Below are positions 7,195 to 15,498 of a stretch of 45,310 nt of DNA, piece by piece. The stretch is from Candidatus Woesearchaeota archaeon (GTDB taxonomy: Archaea; Nanobdellota; Nanobdellia; Woesearchaeales; GW2011-AR9): positions 1 through 45,310 of the forward strand of contig JABHXC010000028.1 of the NCBI GenBank assembly GCA_018657475.1, read 5' to 3'. How positions within the stretch are numbered: the stretch's first letter is position 1; each line of letters begins with the position of its first letter. The translations under genes were made by a program, and so were the position numbers. The notes under the pieces are model-generated. The model searched no databases and had not been told where the DNA came from. It worked only from the letters and a program-made list of their open reading frames with translations.

Positions 7195-10065
7195 TTAGTT
7201 TAATTTATTCTGTAATAATTCTAGCTGTTTTTTAAGATTTTTTCTGATTTTTTCTTCAGATTGTTTTTTTAACTGAGTTTTTAAATCAATTTCTTGTTGA
7301 TGTAATTTCTTCTTCAATTTCAAATGGGCAGCTCCAATAAGTTCTTTCTTCAACTTAGCTTTTTCAGTTTTTAATTTGATCTCATCTTTTGCTTTAAGAT
7401 CTGCCAATTTTTGCTGTAAGTCGTTATCTTTTAATCTCAAATCACTCAGATGATTTTTCTGCTCCATAGCCAATTCTTTTGATTTTTCTTGAAGAAGAGT
7501 TTTTTTTCGTTTTAATTCATCATTAAGTTTTTTGATCTTACTTTGACTGAGATTGCTTGACTTTCTAAACACACCAAGATGTTTGTTTAATTCTCGTACT
7601 TCATTTAAATGATGTTCTTTCTCTAGAATTAATTGTTTTTTCTTCCTGTTTAAAACAGTAGTTTTTAACTTTAAATTACTTCTAAGTTTCCTGATTAAAA
7701 CTTGATTGAGCTTTTGTTCATCATTTAAAGCCTGAACTGTTTTGTTTAATTCATTAGATTTTTTTCTCCAAAAGTCTTGACTTTCTTTACTTTTTTCTCT
7801 TAAGTTTAATTCTTTTAACTTTAGAATTTTTTTATCATGAGCAATTGTTTTGTTTAGTTTGCTTAGCTTAAGAGAGAATTCTTTGTTTAACTTAACAGTT
7901 AATTTTCTTTCATGTTCAGCAATCTTTTCATTTAACTCTTGGTGAGCACTTTGAATAATTCTTTCTTTTAGTTCAGCTTTTTCCCTAATAAGTCTAGCAT
8001 GATCTCTCTTTTTAATAGATTCAATTGATCGGAGTTGTTTCTGTTGGATCAATTTTTGCTGTTGAATTAATTTCTGTCGAGAAATCTTTTCTTGCTCAAG
8101 CTGAATTTCTTTTCCTTTTAAGACAGCTATTTTTTGTTGCAAGCCACCTACCATCTTTCTTACTTTGTTACTGCTTAAACTTTGATCGCTTTTTAATTCG
8201 TTAATTTGGTTGTTTAGATCTTCTTGTTTCTGTTTCAGAGAAACAAGTTCTTTAACTAAAACATCTTCTTTCAATTTTAAAGAATCGCGTTCACTTTTGT
8301 TTCTTACACTTAATTCTTCTAACTTCTTTTCTGTTTCTTCATTTAGCGCTCTTAATTTGTCTTCTGCTTCCGCACCCAAACGAGACTTTAATTCCTGTTC
8401 TTGTTGGAATAATTTATTATGAAGATTTTCTTGCGCCTGATTGAGTATATTAACTCTTGACTGAACTTTTTCATTCTCTAACTTTTCTCGTTCTTGCTTT
8501 TTAAGAACAAAAAATTCTTTTTCTAGATTTTCTCTTTGTAGATCTAACTCGTCTTGATAGTGTCTTTTCTCTTCAGCAAGCAGTTTTTCTTTCTCTTGAA
8601 GAGAGTTATCTTTTAACTGTAAATTGTTTACCAATCTACTGACTTCACTCTTAGTTAAGATTTGATCTTTTTCTAAAGAACTAATTTTATTTTTTAGATT
8701 TTCTCGTAATTGCTGAGCTGAGCTTTCTTTTTTGCTCATCTCTTCCAACATCCTGTTCTCTCTTAAGTTTAAATTACTTTTTTCTTGCTCCATTTTTGTC
8801 TGGAGCACATTTATCTTAGAGTTAAAATCTTGTTTTAATTTTTTTTCAAGAACGGTTCTCTGCTTATTCAAAGCGCGATGAAGTTTCTTTTTGAGCTTCT
8901 TTTCATGTTGTTGGTCCAACTTACTTTTTAAATTGGTTTGAGTCTCTTTAACAATCGTTGTTACTAGTTGAGCTTTCTCACGCTCAAATCTTGCTTTTTC
9001 TTGTTTTTTAAGTTCAGTAAAACTCTTTATCAAATTTTGCTTTTGAGAATCAAGATCGTCTTGATAACGCTTCTTTTCAGTTACTAATTGTTTTTCTTTT
9101 TCTTTTAAATCATTATTTTTTAATTGTAAATTGTCTTTTAATCTTTTTAGCTCGCTCTTGCTAAAAACTTGATCTTTTTCTAAAAGACGAATTTGAGTAG
9201 TTAAGTTTTGTTGTTGTTGTTGCAATGATTGTCTTTGTTTTTTAAGTTCAATAAAACTCTTTGTTGAATTTTGCTTTTGAGAATTAAGATCGTCTTGATA
9301 ACGCTTCTTTTCAGTTACTAATTGTTTCTCTTTTTTATTTAAATCATTATTTTTTAATTGTAAATTGTCTTTTAATCTTTTTAGCTCGCTCTTACCAAAA
9401 ACTTGATCTTTTTCTAGAAAACGAATTTGGTTTTTAAAGCCTTCTTGCTTTTGTCGCAGTGAAAGCTCACTTTTTTTCATCTCTTCTAAGATTTTCTTCT
9501 TCCTTAAATTAAGATCAGATTTTTCTTTCTCCATTCTTTTTTGGAGACCATCAATCCTAAGATCAAAATCTTGTTTTAATTTGGTCTCTAGAACTTTCTT
9601 TTGTTTACGTAGTGCTTGTTGCAGTCTTCTTTTGAATTTTAGTTCATATTCTTTTTCTAATTGTTTTTCTAATTGTTCTTTTTCACGACGTTCTTTCTCC
9701 CTATAAGCTTCATCAATGATTTCAGGAGGTATTCTTGGAGATAATTTTTTCTTAATTTTAACTAAAATGTTTTCTTCAACGGGTTGAACCTGGGATTCTC
9801 TGAAAAAATACTTTTCAACTATTTCACCTTTAGGTTCCGTTTTTTTTCTTTGATTCTTTTTAGTAGTTTTTTTAGAATTATGTTTGTTATGAGTCTTTTT
9901 TTTAGCATTAACTTTCTTAACAGAAGTTCTTTTAGCACTTGATTTTTTGTTAGGATTTCTGCTAGAATTCTTCTTTGAAACTTTTTTGGATTTAGATAGA
10001 ATAGTTTTACTGGAAACGGGCGTACTCTCCCTCTGCTTACTGAAGACTTTATCGAAAAGTGCCAT
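7195..10065 (-). CDS. Long coiled-coil protein with a basic N-terminus and internal repeats
   Basis: 956 aa, K/E/Q/L-rich heptads, no enzymatic motif, repeated LEKDQ...NLQLK blocks. Confidence 0.85.
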   Translation of the reverse strand: MALFDKVFSKQRESTPVSSKTILSKSKKVSKKNSSRNPNKKSSAKRTSVKKVNAKKKTHNKHNSKKTTKKNQRKKTEPKGEIVEKYFFRESQVQPVEENILVKIKKKLSPRIPPEIIDEAYREKERREKEQLEKQLEKEYELKFKRRLQQALRKQKKVLETKLKQDFDLRIDGLQKRMEKEKSDLNLRKKKILEEMKKSELSLRQKQEGFKNQIRFLEKDQVFGKSELKRLKDNLQLKNNDLNKKEKQLVTEKKRYQDDLNSQKQNSTKSFIELKKQRQSLQQQQQNLTTQIRLLEKDQVFSKSELKRLKDNLQLKNNDLKEKEKQLVTEKKRYQDDLDSQKQNLIKSFTELKKQEKARFEREKAQLVTTIVKETQTNLKSKLDQQHEKKLKKKLHRALNKQRTVLEKKLKQDFNSKINVLQTKMEQEKSNLNLRENRMLEEMSKKESSAQQLRENLKNKISSLEKDQILTKSEVSRLVNNLQLKDNSLQEKEKLLAEEKRHYQDELDLQRENLEKEFFVLKKQEREKLENEKVQSRVNILNQAQENLHNKLFQQEQELKSRLGAEAEDKLRALNEETEKKLEELSVRNKSERDSLKLKEDVLVKELVSLKQKQEDLNNQINELKSDQSLSSNKVRKMVGGLQQKIAVLKGKEIQLEQEKISRQKLIQQQKLIQQKQLRSIESIKKRDHARLIREKAELKERIIQSAHQELNEKIAEHERKLTVKLNKEFSLKLSKLNKTIAHDKKILKLKELNLREKSKESQDFWRKKSNELNKTVQALNDEQKLNQVLIRKLRSNLKLKTTVLNRKKKQLILEKEHHLNEVRELNKHLGVFRKSSNLSQSKIKKLNDELKRKKTLLQEKSKELAMEQKNHLSDLRLKDNDLQQKLADLKAKDEIKLKTEKAKLKKELIGAAHLKLKKKLHQQEIDLKTQLKKQSEEKIRKNLKKQLELLQNKLN
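9001..9429. repeat. Intragenic tandem duplication, 234-bp (78-aa) period
   Basis: 9001-9195 closely matches 9235-9429 (KDQVFxKSELKRLKDNLQLKNNDL...ELKKQ twice). Confidence 0.85.
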
Positions 10066-10130
10066 TACAAACCTCTTTTTAAATAAGAATGAATTAGGAG
10101 GTTATAAATGTTACTTTGTTCAAAGTTTTA

Positions 10131-10475
10131 TTAGATAAGTGATTTTACTTTATTAAGTAAACTCTCAGAAGTAAATGGTTTCTGAATAAAACCGTCAATA
10201 TCTTCCATCCTTACATCTGCTTTTGGAATAATAGTGGCATAAATCATTTTTGCATCGTGATTTATGCGTTCTCTAAGTAATCTTAGAAGATCATATCCAG
10301 ATAAAGTAGGCATTTGAACGTCAATTATGATTAAATCAAAACCATCTTTTACTTTGTCTAAACCATCTGCACCATTATTTGCAGTTACAACACTATAACC
10401 ACCTTTTTCTAAAACATCTTTCATAGTGTCAAGATCTTCCATGTCATCATCAATAATTAATATTTTCTTTGCCAT
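10131..10475 (-). CDS. Stand-alone response regulator receiver (CheY-like)
   Basis: ILIIDDD, phosphoacceptor DVQMP, KPF. Confidence 0.93.
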   Translation of the reverse strand: MAKKILIIDDDMEDLDTMKDVLEKGGYSVVTANNGADGLDKVKDGFDLIIIDVQMPTLSGYDLLRLLRERINHDAKMIYATIIPKADVRMEDIDGFIQKPFTSESLLNKVKSLI

Positions 10476-10503
10476 TTTTAAACCTGGTTTATTGTTTTTT
10501 TAG

Positions 10504-11886
10504 TTATCTTTTTTTAGTGGTTTTCTTAACTTTTTTCTTTTTATTAATAGTTTTCTTAGCAACATTTTTCTTTCTATTTATTTCTTTAGCTAGCTTCTCG
10601 CCTTTATCATATAACGCTTTTTCCCTATAAGCTTCTTGAACTAGCTTTTTAGATAACTTTCTGAAAAGAGATTTTTCTTTAGGATTGTTGGACCGCCCGT
10701 TTTTCTTAACTTGTTTGGTAATATCATATACTATCCCATAAACTCCCTGAAGCTTACCTGATTTAAACACTGAAGTTTTACGATCCTCAACTGTTCTCAC
10801 ATTTTTATTTTTGTCAATAATCCTATATCTCTGGATTATTGATCCTGGTTTTCTAATTAATTTTGAACCTTGCTTAAAAACTATTTTTTTATCTTTAGGG
10901 TAAATTAAATCTGCCCAACTAACTTTTTTCTTGGAAAAATCTTTTATTGAATAACCACAAACAAGTTCGCTATTAGCTATTATTTCAGCAGACCAATCTT
11001 GTTTTCCAATATAAAACATCCCAGAGGAATTTTTAACAATTAATTTATATTTATCTTCAATTTCTTTTTCCTTTTCTTTAATTGCTTCTCCCAAACCAAT
11101 CTCTTCTTTTGTTGTCCCAATTCTTAAAATGGCTAATTTTAAACTTGCAAGAATACGATCGAGGGAATTAGTTAGACTTTGGATTTCAAAAATATTACTT
11201 CCTTCTAACTGAATGTCTAACTTTCCTTTTGTTATCTCTTCAATACTTCTAGTTAATTTTACAATGGGATCAGAAATACGTTTAGCAGCAAAAATTGAAG
11301 TAAATATTAAAATAGTAGCGAGAATTATTGAGACGATTAAAATCAAGTTTCTAGATAATTCCTGACTTTCTCTTAACTCATCTTTAACAAAATCAGATAA
11401 CTTTAAAGAATTGGAAATCATTGATCGTGAAGTTACTAACATCTTAGAAATTATTCTTTCTTCAATAAGTTCAGATTTTTTAATCTCTTCAAGAGGAGAA
11501 TTTTCTTGAATTAATTTTTTCTTTGCATCGTAGTTTGCAACTAAGTCCGAGAATGAACTTCCAAGAGACATATAATCATTATTTATTGTTATGACAAGTT
11601 CTTTTTCTTCATCATCATCCCAATAACTTTCAGGTGAATTTATAAAGACACCCATGGAGTTATATTTTAAGCGCCATTGCTGCTCCATTCTCTCTTCTTG
11701 AAACAAAAAATATTCAGAAGTAAGAATATCAATTTCTGATACTGACTGCAGAACATTTTCGGTTAAATCAAGTTCTTTCGTTTCCCTGGATATCTCATTA
11801 GAAGTTATCAAAACTACAAGAACAAGCGTTAAAACTAGAAATACTGAAATTCCAGAACTAATGTAAAGTTTGGTTCTTATTTTCAT
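10504..11886 (-). CDS. Membrane sensor: 2 TM + HAMP + PAS, no kinase or MCP output domain
   Basis: Two TM helices; HAMP (ISDPIVKL...EIQSLTNSL); PAS/PAC (WADLIYPKD...GIVYDIT); basic tail. Confidence 0.82.
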   Translation of the reverse strand: MKIRTKLYISSGISVFLVLTLVLVVLITSNEISRETKELDLTENVLQSVSEIDILTSEYFLFQEERMEQQWRLKYNSMGVFINSPESYWDDDEEKELVITINNDYMSLGSSFSDLVANYDAKKKLIQENSPLEEIKKSELIEERIISKMLVTSRSMISNSLKLSDFVKDELRESQELSRNLILIVSIILATILIFTSIFAAKRISDPIVKLTRSIEEITKGKLDIQLEGSNIFEIQSLTNSLDRILASLKLAILRIGTTKEEIGLGEAIKEKEKEIEDKYKLIVKNSSGMFYIGKQDWSAEIIANSELVCGYSIKDFSKKKVSWADLIYPKDKKIVFKQGSKLIRKPGSIIQRYRIIDKNKNVRTVEDRKTSVFKSGKLQGVYGIVYDITKQVKKNGRSNNPKEKSLFRKLSKKLVQEAYREKALYDKGEKLAKEINRKKNVAKKTINKKKKVKKTTKKR

Positions 11887-11890
11887 CTTT

Positions 11891-12975
11891 TAATCATCTT
11901 ATTATCCCAATAGCTTCTGGTTTAACTTTTTCTAATGTATTCAAATGAATATAGTCCAAATAATTTGGAACTTCTTTTGCATCCGTTAAATCATTTTCAA
12001 TTGCCCATCTTGCTTCATCTTCTAGAGTTACTAATAAAGATTGGTCTAAAGAAATTTTAAATTTAAAGTCATCCCAGAGAGTAGTTATAATCTCTTGATC
12101 TAAATTTAATCTTTCAGCTACAATTGTTTGTGATTCTTCTTTGTTGTTTTTGATAAAATTAGTTGCTTCATCAACCGCCATAAGAAACTTTTCTATAATT
12201 TCAGGATTGTCTTCTACAAACTTATTCAGTACCATTAAATTAAAAGTTTCAGTGTAAACTTCAGAACTGGGTATTACTAAAGAGTTATCTCCCAATAAAT
12301 TTATTGCATTATACGCATGTGGTTCCCAAATAACAATGGCATCAACGTCCCCATTCTGTAACGCAGATGGTAATTCTGAAGGGATAAAACTTACTGTTTC
12401 CACATCAGATTCTAAAATTTTAGTATAAATTAAAAAAGCTCCTAAGAAAAACTGACTTGTTGAACCATCAACAATTCCTATTTTTTTACCTTTTAGATCT
12501 GCTGCAGAGTTAATTCCAACATCTTTTCTGGTAATTACTTTCACATCCTCATTAGAATCTACAAATGTTGCAAAAATAGAAAAGTCTTGTCTCTTGAAAC
12601 TATTAAACATAATAGGAGTAGGTGCAACTGTCGATATGTCCACACCACCATTTAACATATCGTTGAAACTTGCTTTCCCAGAATCAAATTCTTTAATAGT
12701 TAAATCCAATCCTTGTTCTTGAAAATAACCTTGATCTTCTGCAACCCAGACTGCTGCAGTGAGTAAACTTGTTTCTGCACCTAACGTGACTTTGTCAAAT
12801 TCTACTTGCTCTTGTGAACAACCTACAACTAGTAGACTAAACGATAAAATCAAAATTAAACTAATTATTTTTCTCTCCATCTTAATCATCTTATTATCCC
12901 AATAGCTTCTGGTTTAACTTTTTCTAATGTATTTAAATGAATATAGTCCAAATAATTTGGAACTTCTTTTGCATC
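11891..12975. repeat. 93-bp near-identical 3' ends of the two SBP genes (11891-11983 and 12883-12975)
   Basis: One mismatch seen by eye; both proteins end DAKEVPNYLDYIHLNTLEKVKPEAIGIIR. Confidence 0.85.
11894..12880 (-). CDS. NrtA/SsuA/ThiY-family substrate-binding lipoprotein
   Basis: Lipobox VVGC; GYFQEQGL; DLKGKKIG; WEP. Start could be 12880 or 12889. Confidence 0.88.
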   Translation of the reverse strand: MERKIISLILILSFSLLVVGCSQEQVEFDKVTLGAETSLLTAAVWVAEDQGYFQEQGLDLTIKEFDSGKASFNDMLNGGVDISTVAPTPIMFNSFKRQDFSIFATFVDSNEDVKVITRKDVGINSAADLKGKKIGIVDGSTSQFFLGAFLIYTKILESDVETVSFIPSELPSALQNGDVDAIVIWEPHAYNAINLLGDNSLVIPSSEVYTETFNLMVLNKFVEDNPEIIEKFLMAVDEATNFIKNNKEESQTIVAERLNLDQEIITTLWDDFKFKISLDQSLLVTLEDEARWAIENDLTDAKEVPNYLDYIHLNTLEKVKPEAIGIIR

Positions 12976-13944
12976 TGTCAAGTTATTCTCAACATACCAT
13001 CTTGCTTCATCTTCAAGAGTTAAAAGTAAAGAGTGATCCAGAACAACATTAAAGTTATAATTCGCCCATAGTTCTTCTATATCTTGTTTAGTTCCATTAA
13101 CAGCAACAGCAACAATTTCTATAGACTCTTGTTTATTTTGTTTAACAAATTTTTCTGCTTTAAACAACGCTCTAATTATCTTTTCAAAAACTTCTGGATG
13201 TTCACTAATCAGATCAGTCTTTGATGCTAAATTAAATGTTGCAGAATAGCCATAATCATTTGGTAAAAGATTAGCTTCTTCCCCTAAACTTCTCTGAGCT
13301 TTTATAATGTTTGGTTCCCAAGTAAAAATAACGTCCACTTGTTTACTTTTAATTGCTTCAACCATCTCACCCGGTTTTAAATCAATGAGTTCAACATCAT
13401 CTAAACTTAAACTATTGAAGACAAAAAAAGTTATCATTGAAAAATGAGCAGTGGTTCCTTTCGTTGTAGCTACTATTTTTCCTTTTAAGTCTGCTGGATT
13501 CACAATTCCCGTATCTTTCCTGGTAAGAACTTTTACGTGATCTGCAGAATTAACTATTGTTGTAAAAGTCATAAAATCATTTCTTTCAAAACTTTTAACC
13601 ACAATGTTAGGATCAGAAACAGTTGCAATATCAACCTCATCATCTAACATCGCCTGAAAAGCAAATTTTCCTGCTGAATAACCTTTTATCTCGACATTAA
13701 CACCTTCTTCCAAAAAATAACCATTAGAATCAGCTATATGGATCAAAGCAGGAAGAAGACTTGTAGCACTAATACTAATAGATACATCTTCAAAATCTCT
13801 TTTTTCTTCCGCCTCAGAGACCATAAAAGATACTAAGAAAATTAGGCCCAAGATCACAACAATTCCTATAACTACCAACAATAAATTACTTGATTTTTTA
13901 TTGTTATTATTGTTTTTATTATTGTTATCTATCACTTTTTTCAT
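12886..13944 (-). CDS. NrtA/SsuA/ThiY-family substrate-binding protein, TM-anchored paralog
   Basis: N-terminal TM; GYFLEEGV; DLKGKIVA; WEP. Confidence 0.88.
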   Translation of the reverse strand: MKKVIDNNNKNNNNNKKSSNLLLVVIGIVVILGLIFLVSFMVSEAEEKRDFEDVSISISATSLLPALIHIADSNGYFLEEGVNVEIKGYSAGKFAFQAMLDDEVDIATVSDPNIVVKSFERNDFMTFTTIVNSADHVKVLTRKDTGIVNPADLKGKIVATTKGTTAHFSMITFFVFNSLSLDDVELIDLKPGEMVEAIKSKQVDVIFTWEPNIIKAQRSLGEEANLLPNDYGYSATFNLASKTDLISEHPEVFEKIIRALFKAEKFVKQNKQESIEIVAVAVNGTKQDIEELWANYNFNVVLDHSLLLTLEDEARWYVENNLTDAKEVPNYLDYIHLNTLEKVKPEAIGIIR

Positions 13945-13982
13945 CTTATTTAACCAAATTTTGTTTTTAATCTTCTATAATA

Positions 13983-14945
13983 TTATTTTCTTCTTTTTGT
14001 TTTTTTCTTTCTATTAATTTGTTTGGCCATTTTTTCTCCTTTATTGCGTAATTTGTTTTCTTCATAAGCTTCATCTAACAATTTTTTAGAAACTTTTAGG
14101 GAGACACTTTTCTCTTTTTTTTCTAACACTGCCAATTTCATTGATTTTATAACCCTATTTAATGAGTGGTTTAATTTGTTGATCTCGTTTATCTTTTCAC
14201 TCCCATTAAGATTCAGATTAAAATTTCCTCGACTGATCTCGTCAACTACATTGGCCATATGATTAATAGGTTTTGAAATTGAACGAGAAGTAAAAAAAGC
14301 AACAACTGCTCCAACTATAAGAATAATTATGAAGAAAATTAGAGCTATTTTTAGATTACTGTCTAAAGATCGATGTATATCTTCAGCAGTATTAGTTATA
14401 CCAATTGTAGAACTTTTAACGATTTCTGTAGAAAATGATCCTCTCTTTGAGAAGTATTTTTCTAATCCTATATTATAAATCTCTTTCTGGTCCCAATATT
14501 CAGCACTTTCTAAAATAGTAACAGCACTTTCTTTTTCACCCTGAGAAACTCTAAGTATGGCTTCTTCTTCCATATCAACTAAAGCCAAATTTGCTGATTC
14601 AATACTTTGAAAAAAAATTTTATCTTCTAAATCTCCTTTTTCAATAGCCTCTTTTACTACTCTGTCCAATTCTGGAACTATTGTGTTATACCTTTGCTTC
14701 CATTTTTCATCACTAGTGAAAGCATAGTTTCTAGCACTCATAGTTAAAACTTCATCATAATACTTAATTAAATCGGCAAGTTTGTCCAACTCTAATTTCT
14801 TTGATAAATCAGAGATATCTTCTTGAATTTGATGTTCTAGTGGATGAGTAGATTTTTCTAAACCAGAGTATGAAATAAACCCAGAGATAAATATTAATAG
14901 TAAGATTAAAGAAAATCCAATATAAAATCGTGTTGAGATCTTCAT
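13983..14945 (-). CDS. Membrane sensor: 2 TM + helical extracellular domain + HAMP, no output domain
   Basis: TM-helical bundle-TM; HAMP (ISKPINHM...EINKLNHSL); basic tail. Confidence 0.82.
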   Translation of the reverse strand: MKISTRFYIGFSLILLLIFISGFISYSGLEKSTHPLEHQIQEDISDLSKKLELDKLADLIKYYDEVLTMSARNYAFTSDEKWKQRYNTIVPELDRVVKEAIEKGDLEDKIFFQSIESANLALVDMEEEAILRVSQGEKESAVTILESAEYWDQKEIYNIGLEKYFSKRGSFSTEIVKSSTIGITNTAEDIHRSLDSNLKIALIFFIIILIVGAVVAFFTSRSISKPINHMANVVDEISRGNFNLNLNGSEKINEINKLNHSLNRVIKSMKLAVLEKKEKSVSLKVSKKLLDEAYEENKLRNKGEKMAKQINRKKKTKRRK

Positions 14946-14992
14946 TTTATTGATAACACCTCAACAATTAATCCCATTGTTATCGCCATATT

Positions 14993-15286
14993 CTAATTAT
15001 TGACTCCTTTAATTACTCTAAAAAAGTAGTATGTACCAATTAATAAAATAATTGAACCGATTAATACTAAAATTGGCATGACATTAAATAGAATGTTTTC
15101 GCTTAAAAATCCATATGCCTCTAAAAACTCAGCCAATGAATGTAAAGCAACACTTACTAAAACCCCTGTAGCTAGTAAAACTGCACTGGTGTGAAGACCT
15201 TTTGCACATTTGTTTGCAACAATAAACAAGTACACTGTTGCAGCAATAGCTGAGATCGCAGATAATAAATTTAATATTTCAATCAT
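14993..15286 (-). CDS. Small 3-TM membrane protein
   Basis: Three hydrophobic helices; start overlaps the upstream stop. Confidence 0.7.
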   Translation of the reverse strand: MIEILNLLSAISAIAATVYLFIVANKCAKGLHTSAVLLATGVLVSVALHSLAEFLEAYGFLSENILFNVMPILVLIGSIILLIGTYYFFRVIKGVNN

Positions 15287-15456
15287 TTTATACGCCTCTT
15301 TTTTTGTTTAATATTTTTTACTCTTTTTCTTTTTTTAACTTGCTTTTTTACAAAACCGTTATTTTTTAACTTATTTTCGTCAACAAGAATTTTTTTTAAT
15401 TTTTTAATCAAACCTTTTTTTAGTAATGATTTGGCATCAACTGGTTTTTTAATCAT
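15283..15456 (-). CDS. Unannotated 57-aa highly basic protein
   Basis: Hand translation: MIKKPVDAKSLLKKGLIKKLKKILVDENKLKNNGFVKKQVKKRKRVKNIKQKKRRIK. AGAGGT RBS-like motif upstream; TGA overlaps the next ATG (ATGA). Confidence 0.7.
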   Translation of the reverse strand: MIKKPVDAKSLLKKGLIKKLKKILVDENKLKNNGFVKKQVKKRKRVKNIKQKKRRIK

Positions 15457-15498
15457 CTTGTACCTCTACTTACCACATTCTTTTTTTTTATATAAATG

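Noticed and set aside
11891-12975. DGR template/variable repeat pair
   Set aside because: Only one mismatch, both copies are coding, and there is no reverse transcriptase nearby
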